DNA of 64,000 nucleotides. Origin: Fimbriimonadales bacterium (lineage in GTDB: Bacteria; Armatimonadota; Fimbriimonadia; Fimbriimonadales; ATM1). Numbering within the stretch: the stretch's first letter is position 1; each line of letters starts with the position of its first letter. The stretch covers positions 1 through 64,000 of the forward strand of contig JBPCLO010000052.1 of NCBI GenBank assembly GCA_051003155.1, read 5' to 3'. Under the pieces are notes generated by a model. That model saw only the letters and a list, made by a program, of their open reading frames with translations. It was not told where the DNA came from and ran no database searches. The position numbers were made by a program, and so were the translations under genes. This document shows, in pieces, positions 58,809-64,000 of this stretch.

Positions 58809-60116
58809 TCAACCAACCCGAAAATCCAGCTGGCCCCGCAAGAGCGAATACGCCAGATCACCCGGCGCAACGCCGTCGCGGGCACAGAGCGCCGCTGCCG
58901 CCCCCGCAGCCTCACCCATGGCCCGACAAACAGGCTGAATCCGCACGCTGCTCTGCGCCGCGAACGTTGCGCTCAAACACCGCCCGGCAACCAGCAGATT
59001 CGAAACCCCGACGGGAAGCAAGCACCGATACGGTATCTCGTGGTAGTCGTCTGGCGGCAGCTTTTTTAGATCCACGCCACCGGAGGCCAAATGTATATCG
59101 ATCGGGTACCGGTTGCGGGCGATCGCATCGGGAAACTTCCGGCACGATTGGTGGTCCTCCTCCGTCAGCACGTACCGCCCCACGATCCTCCGGCTCTCCC
59201 GAATTCCCATCAGCGGCGCGACCACGCTCACGTAGCTGTCCTCAAGCCCCGGCAGGTAAGCCTTACAGAAAGCGTGAATTCGAAATATCTTCTCCCGCCC
59301 GACGGACATCGCCTTCGAAAGACTAAAGGCGTCGAGAGGATCGAAACCGGTGATTCTCGGACAATTGAACGCTAGCTCCCTCGGCCGTCCCAGCATCGTG
59401 AAGAATTGAAAATAGCCGATATCGTCCTGGGCCAACATCCCTGTTTCGATCGCATCCTTCACCGCCTCTCCGATCACACTTGCCTTGGCATCCGCGAACC
59501 CTACGCTCAGGAAATCCGGCATGTTCGGACGGGCATCGTCCCCAAAAAAAGACCCGACCTTGCCGATATCGACGTTCCCAACGGCGAACCGCAGCGTCAT
59601 CGGCTGATTCGTTCCGGTTTCATCGCCTGAATCGGTCGGCGCCCCTGCCAGAAAGGCCAAATCTGCGTCGCCCGTCGCGTCGATGAAGACCTTCGCGGTG
59701 AGGCGAAGCAACCCAGGCGACCCCTTGGCCGTCACGTCGATGCCAGTGATCGATTCGTTCATCATGAATGCGCGGACAAGAAACGACCCATACAAGCGTT
59801 CGACCCCCGCCTCATCCGCCAGCCGATCGAGCGCAAGTGCAAGTATCACCGGGTTGTACCAAACCTGCGCATTGGGGAAATTCGTCTCGGGTGAAAGCCC
59901 CGCGTGCTCAAGTTGGATGTCCCGGTTGACACCTCCCACGAGCTGCTCGTCTCCCAGGTAGTTCGGCATCATCGGGGTCACCCAACCCATCGACTGCGTC
60001 CCGCCCAGGCCGTTCATCTGCTCGACCACGAGGGTTTTCGCACCCAGCCGGCAGGCTTTGATGGCTGCGGTGGCTCCAGCCGTCCCGCCTCCACAAACGA
60101 TAACGTCGTATTCCAC
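58809..60116 (-). CDS. FAD-dependent oxidoreductase
   Basis: CGGGTAG, FIDATGDAD, GIRESRR, IPYRCL, GEAAG. Confidence 0.92.
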   Translation of the reverse strand: MEYDVIVCGGGTAGATAAIKACRLGAKTLVVEQMNGLGGTQSMGWVTPMMPNYLGDEQLVGGVNRDIQLEHAGLSPETNFPNAQVWYNPVILALALDRLADEAGVERLYGSFLVRAFMMNESITGIDVTAKGSPGLLRLTAKVFIDATGDADLAFLAGAPTDSGDETGTNQPMTLRFAVGNVDIGKVGSFFGDDARPNMPDFLSVGFADAKASVIGEAVKDAIETGMLAQDDIGYFQFFTMLGRPRELAFNCPRITGFDPLDAFSLSKAMSVGREKIFRIHAFCKAYLPGLEDSYVSVVAPLMGIRESRRIVGRYVLTEEDHQSCRKFPDAIARNRYPIDIHLASGGVDLKKLPPDDYHEIPYRCLLPVGVSNLLVAGRCLSATFAAQSSVRIQPVCRAMGEAAGAAAALCARDGVAPGDLAYSLLRGQLDFRVG

Positions 60117-60151
60117 CTTAGATTGAGACCTTGCTGCGGCTACACTTAGCT

Positions 60152-61030
60152 GTGCAATTCGAAGAGTATGCCGCCATACACGGGCCCGACATCGAGCGAC
60201 GCTTGGAGGAACTCATACCAGGGACGGGTCCGCGGCTCGAAAGGCTCCACGAAGCGATGCACTACGCGGTGCTCGGAGGCGGAAAACGCTTCCGCCCTCT
60301 GTTGTGCATAGCCGCCGCCGAATCGAATCGAGGGAGCATCGAATGCGTGCTCGACGCAGCATGTGCGCTGGAACTGATCCATTGCTTTTCGCTCGTTCAC
60401 GACGACCTTCCGTGCGTCGACAACGACGACTTGCGTCGTGGGAGGCCTGCTACCCATATCCAATTCGGCGAGGCGATCGCGCTGCTCGCCGGCGACGCCC
60501 TCTTCGCCCTTGCATTCGAAACCCTGCTGGGCATGGACGCGCCATCCGAACGCACGTGCCGTGCGGCCGGCGCTTTGGCAGCAGCTTCGGGCACGCAAGG
60601 CATGGTCGGCGGGCAGACCGTGGATATCGAGTCCGAAAATGCGCAGACCGATCTGGACACCGTCAAGTGGATCCACGCCCGCAAGACCGGGGCACTCATT
60701 ACGGCAAGCTGTACGATCGCCGCGGTATTGGTCGGGGCCGCAGAAGTTCAAGTCGCCACTTGCGCAAGATTCGGGGATCAGATCGGCCTCGCATTTCAGA
60801 TCGCAGACGACGTGCTCGATGAAACCGGCGACGTCGAATCCCTCGGCAAACGCACCCGGGCTGACAAGGCGCGATACAAGGCCACTTTTCCCGCCCTCAT
60901 CGGTGTAGAAGCCTCCAGAACCCTCGCTCTCGAGGCCCAGCAAGCTGCCCTCGCAGAGCTTGGATCATTCGACGGCGACACAAAGGGCCTCGCCGCGCTC
61001 GCAGCTTTCGCATCCGAACGGACGGTCTAA
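60152..61030 (+). CDS. ispA: Polyprenyl (farnesyl/geranylgeranyl) diphosphate synthase
   Basis: GGKRFRP, HDDLPCVDNDDLRRG, KTGAL, FQIADD. Confidence 0.93.
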   Translation: MQFEEYAAIHGPDIERRLEELIPGTGPRLERLHEAMHYAVLGGGKRFRPLLCIAAAESNRGSIECVLDAACALELIHCFSLVHDDLPCVDNDDLRRGRPATHIQFGEAIALLAGDALFALAFETLLGMDAPSERTCRAAGALAAASGTQGMVGGQTVDIESENAQTDLDTVKWIHARKTGALITASCTIAAVLVGAAEVQVATCARFGDQIGLAFQIADDVLDETGDVESLGKRTRADKARYKATFPALIGVEASRTLALEAQQAALAELGSFDGDTKGLAALAAFASERTV

Positions 61031-61091
61031 AAGTCCCGATTATCCGTCCACCATTGCGCCCCGGACCACCAAACGCGTATATTCGCGAGTC

Positions 61092-62375
61092 ATGGCGACA
61101 GTTCGACCCCTTTCTGGCCAAAGATACTCAACGGCCGCCGGCCCGCTCGAAGACTTAGTCGCCCCGCCCTACGATGTCATCTCGGTCGAGGAGCGGGAAG
61201 AATTCGCCGCCCAAAGCGCAAGCAACACCGTTTGGCTGACGCTACCGGAACAATCTACCGACGATCGCAGCAAGTTTGTAAAGTACGCAAGAAGCGCATC
61301 CCGTCTCACGGAGTGGAGGAGGGAAGGCATCTTGCAGGTCGACGAGAGACCCTGTCTCTATCGCTACCGGCAAACCTTCACCAACCCCGTCGACGGCAAA
61401 CTCCTGATCCGCGAATCGCTCATTTGTCTCATCAAAGTGGAGCCCTATGAAAGAGGTGTTGTGCTTCCGCACGAACAGACCTTCCCAAAGCACAAGGAGG
61501 ATCGCCTAAGACTCCTCGAAGCGACCGGCGCGCACCTCGAATGTATCTACGGACTGTACGAGGATGCCGGCCACGCGGTCGGGCCGGCGATCCACCGAGC
61601 TTCATTCGAGGCCATCGCCGCGGTCCAAACCGAAGACGGTATTGCCCACGAACTTGCCAAATGCGACAGCGAGGCGGAAACCGCTGCCATATGCCGGTCC
61701 TTCGATCTCGAACGGATCTGGATCGCCGACGGCCATCATCGTTACGAAACCGCGGTTACGTTCAGGCAGGCCCTGCGAGACAAACCGGGAATTATCGCGG
61801 AAGATTTCATGATGATCGCACTCTCCAGCATGAGCGACCCAGGTTTGCTTCTCTTGCCGACCCATAGAATCGTGAAGAATTTCCAGACACCGCTCGGCCA
61901 GGTCGAATCCAAACTGCAAACACGCTTCAATACGCGGACAATCCCCAACGTCGAAATTCCCGATGAGTTAAGACGCCTACATAATAACGACTGTCGAGTT
62001 TTTGGAATGGCGATGCCCGGTGGAAGCGGGTTCATCATGACTATGGAGGAGCCACGAGACGCTCTTTCGATCGTGGAAGGCCGCTCGAGCGATCTCCTAA
62101 AAATGCTCGACGTCACAATTTTACACGAAATAATTCTCAAAGATGTCTTCGGCATCGAGGGCCTCGAGCAAATCGATTATACAAGGAGTTCACAAGAGGC
62201 CGTCGAACGCGTCGCCATGAGCAATGGTGAGGTTGCATTCCTCATGAATCCGCCGTCCGTCAAGGACATGAGGCGAATCGCCTTGGGCGGCGAAAAAATG
62301 CCACAAAAATCGACTTTCTACTATCCAAAATTACTAAGCGGATTGGTATTCTGGTCTCACTCTGATTTTAAGTGA
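61092..62375 (+). CDS. DUF1015 family protein
   Basis: PPYDVI, LPHEQT, IADGHHRYET, MPQKSTFYYPK. Confidence 0.93.
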   Translation: MATVRPLSGQRYSTAAGPLEDLVAPPYDVISVEEREEFAAQSASNTVWLTLPEQSTDDRSKFVKYARSASRLTEWRREGILQVDERPCLYRYRQTFTNPVDGKLLIRESLICLIKVEPYERGVVLPHEQTFPKHKEDRLRLLEATGAHLECIYGLYEDAGHAVGPAIHRASFEAIAAVQTEDGIAHELAKCDSEAETAAICRSFDLERIWIADGHHRYETAVTFRQALRDKPGIIAEDFMMIALSSMSDPGLLLLPTHRIVKNFQTPLGQVESKLQTRFNTRTIPNVEIPDELRRLHNNDCRVFGMAMPGGSGFIMTMEEPRDALSIVEGRSSDLLKMLDVTILHEIILKDVFGIEGLEQIDYTRSSQEAVERVAMSNGEVAFLMNPPSVKDMRRIALGGEKMPQKSTFYYPKLLSGLVFWSHSDFK

Positions 62376-63181
62376 ATATTCTAATTACGGGTAGCGGCGG
62401 CGCCGACGGAATTCCGAGTTTTTTCTCGGACTCCGAGGTTTCGCGTTACGCACGAGATCACGGCGGAAAAGACGTCCGTTCGCGAGCAGCAGCCATTGTC
62501 GACAATGCAATTAAGATCGATTTTGGGCCAGACACGTACGCCCAGTGCAGCAATTTGGGATTGAAGGCGAGTGATTGGAAGCACGTGCTCTTCACTCACT
62601 CGCATTTCGACCATTACGCACCGGGACTTTTCCAATACGCTTTCCCGCCATTCACCGAGGAAAGTTCAACCACGCCGATTATGTGGGGTAATCAGGCCAT
62701 TTTGAGCGGTTTTTCCAATGCGTTCGAAGATCAAGACAAGCTCGAAAAGCGCCTCTTGAAGAGCTTCGCCCCCGTCGATATAGACGGCTATCGTGTCACT
62801 CCAATCCGCGCCTACCACAAACTAGACGAAGACAGTCTCAACCTGATCATCGAGAAAGACGGCAAATCCCTCCTCTACGCGGTCGATACCGGAGTTTACC
62901 AGGAGGAGACCTGGGAGTTTCTTGCCGGAAGGCGATTCGACGTCGCGGTCATCGAGTGCGCCGACGGATTTCTGCCGGCTGATTACTGGGGCCACCTCTC
63001 TTGCGACGAGCTAGTCCAGGTCGTCGATCGCCTTCGGAATATGGGCTGCCTCGATGGTTCGAGCGTTGTTTGCACCACGCACCACGCCCACACGGGCATG
63101 GCGACACACGCCCAGCTAGAAGAGCGCCTCAGCCCGGACGCTATCGAGGTCGGGTTTGACGGAAAGTTAATCAACTTCTGA
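62372..63181 (+). CDS. MBL-fold hydrolase (PhnP-like)
   Basis: TGSGGADGIP, THSHFDH. Confidence 0.88.
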   Translation: MNILITGSGGADGIPSFFSDSEVSRYARDHGGKDVRSRAAAIVDNAIKIDFGPDTYAQCSNLGLKASDWKHVLFTHSHFDHYAPGLFQYAFPPFTEESSTTPIMWGNQAILSGFSNAFEDQDKLEKRLLKSFAPVDIDGYRVTPIRAYHKLDEDSLNLIIEKDGKSLLYAVDTGVYQEETWEFLAGRRFDVAVIECADGFLPADYWGHLSCDELVQVVDRLRNMGCLDGSSVVCTTHHAHTGMATHAQLEERLSPDAIEVGFDGKLINF

Positions 63182-63296
63182 CAAGACGCGAGCGGCGATT
63201 TGCCATGCTCTGTCGTCAAGTACATGAACTAGGACTTTTACCCCCGGATGGACCATGGGGGCGTCGTGCGGCTTCGGCGCTCCCTTCCACTTTAAT

Positions 63297-64000
63297 TTAG
63301 GTCGTTTCATCCTTCGGAACAAATTCCCCCGAAGAGAACACCGCGGCCGCAACGGCCAGCGCCACCACGTTGATGACGATGAGCGCATTCCACGCAGCCG
63401 AAGGCTCGATGTTCTCGGGGCTAAGAAGACGCAGGATCTCCATCGGCCCCGAAGGCGCCGGGCCAGTGCCCGAATGCGGAGACAGAGCACGCAACTGCGA
63501 CATGATCGATAGCTTCTTGAAATCCCCGGGAAGGAATGGAATCCAAGATTCCCACAAGAAGCCGAACGAAATCGCAAACAGCCAAGGCTTCGTTGAAAGC
63601 ACAGACAGCATTGTAAACAGGCTGCAATAGCTCACCACGCCGACCGGAATGATAATCAGGTCGCGTTGTAACGGCGAGCTTCCTAAACCTGCAATTCCGT
63701 AGGTGATAACGGCCGTCAGTGCGCACGAAGCCATAACGGCAATAGAAACGACCAGCGTTGCGGCGAGCCATTTTGCGAGCAATATCTTCCATCGCGGTAT
63801 CGGTCGCGTTAACAAATAAGGAATTGTCTTCCCAACCATTTCCGCCGATACTATGCCGCTTGCGAAAATCACGCTGAGAAGGATCATCGTAAACGAATAC
63901 ACGGCCAAGGGCACGGAGAGGCCGTAAGCGACATTCGGAGTGTAGTCGGTCCCGCTCACGGAGCGAATCAGCATCGCGAACGCGGGTCCGGCAAGCCCGA
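63297..64000 (-). CDS. ABC transporter permease (partial; starts beyond the window)
   Basis: TIPYLLTRPIPRWKILLAK, multiple TMs. Confidence 0.85.
   Translation of the reverse strand, partial: GLAGPAFAMLIRSVSGTDYTPNVAYGLSVPLAVYSFTMILLSVIFASGIVSAEMVGKTIPYLLTRPIPRWKILLAKWLAATLVVSIAVMASCALTAVITYGIAGLGSSPLQRDLIIIPVGVVSYCSLFTMLSVLSTKPWLFAISFGFLWESWIPFLPGDFKKLSIMSQLRALSPHSGTGPAPSGPMEILRLLSPENIEPSAAWNALIVINVVALAVAAAVFSSGEFVPKDETT

Overview
GC-rich bacterial chromosome segment, probably Armatimonadota/Fimbriimonadia-like. The taxon is an inference from PEP-CTERM sorting, an AFTLLE prepilin, DUF2993/UPF0182 genes, futalosine-pathway genes and frequent leaderless-looking starts. Bases ~2.2-18.3 kb are a ~16 kb integrative, satellite-like element inserted in tRNA-Thr(CGT). 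It has a duplicated tRNA 3' half, a tyrosine integrase, 12-bp arm-type repeats, an excisionase, a primase/SF3-helicase, iteron clusters, and no capsid or conjugation genes. Its cargo sits between three families of duplicated 40-90 bp sequences and comprises (i) a CxxC redoxin / pseudopilin / 10-Cys secreted protein / membrane protein operon, (ii) a MaoC dehydratase with a TlpA-like gene interrupted by TGA at its active site (W-U-G-P-C), and (iii) a GmrSD-like nuclease, plus many gene fragments. A decayed third tRNA-Thr copy at ~382-437 indicates older tandem integration. A second thioredoxin with an active-site TGA (W-U-G-W-C) lies just outside the island. The rest (18.9-64 kb) is mostly housekeeping (ubiX, ROK kinase, queG, penicillin acylase, tryptophanase, GspE/PilB ATPase, RluA, mqnD, split feoB/feoA, trxB, iscA, moaA, ispA). 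It also holds a 188-nt structured ncRNA candidate (6S-like), a large repetitive beta-barrel-like protein, REP-like repeats and a DinB-rich patch. All family calls come from motif recognition by eye, not database searches.
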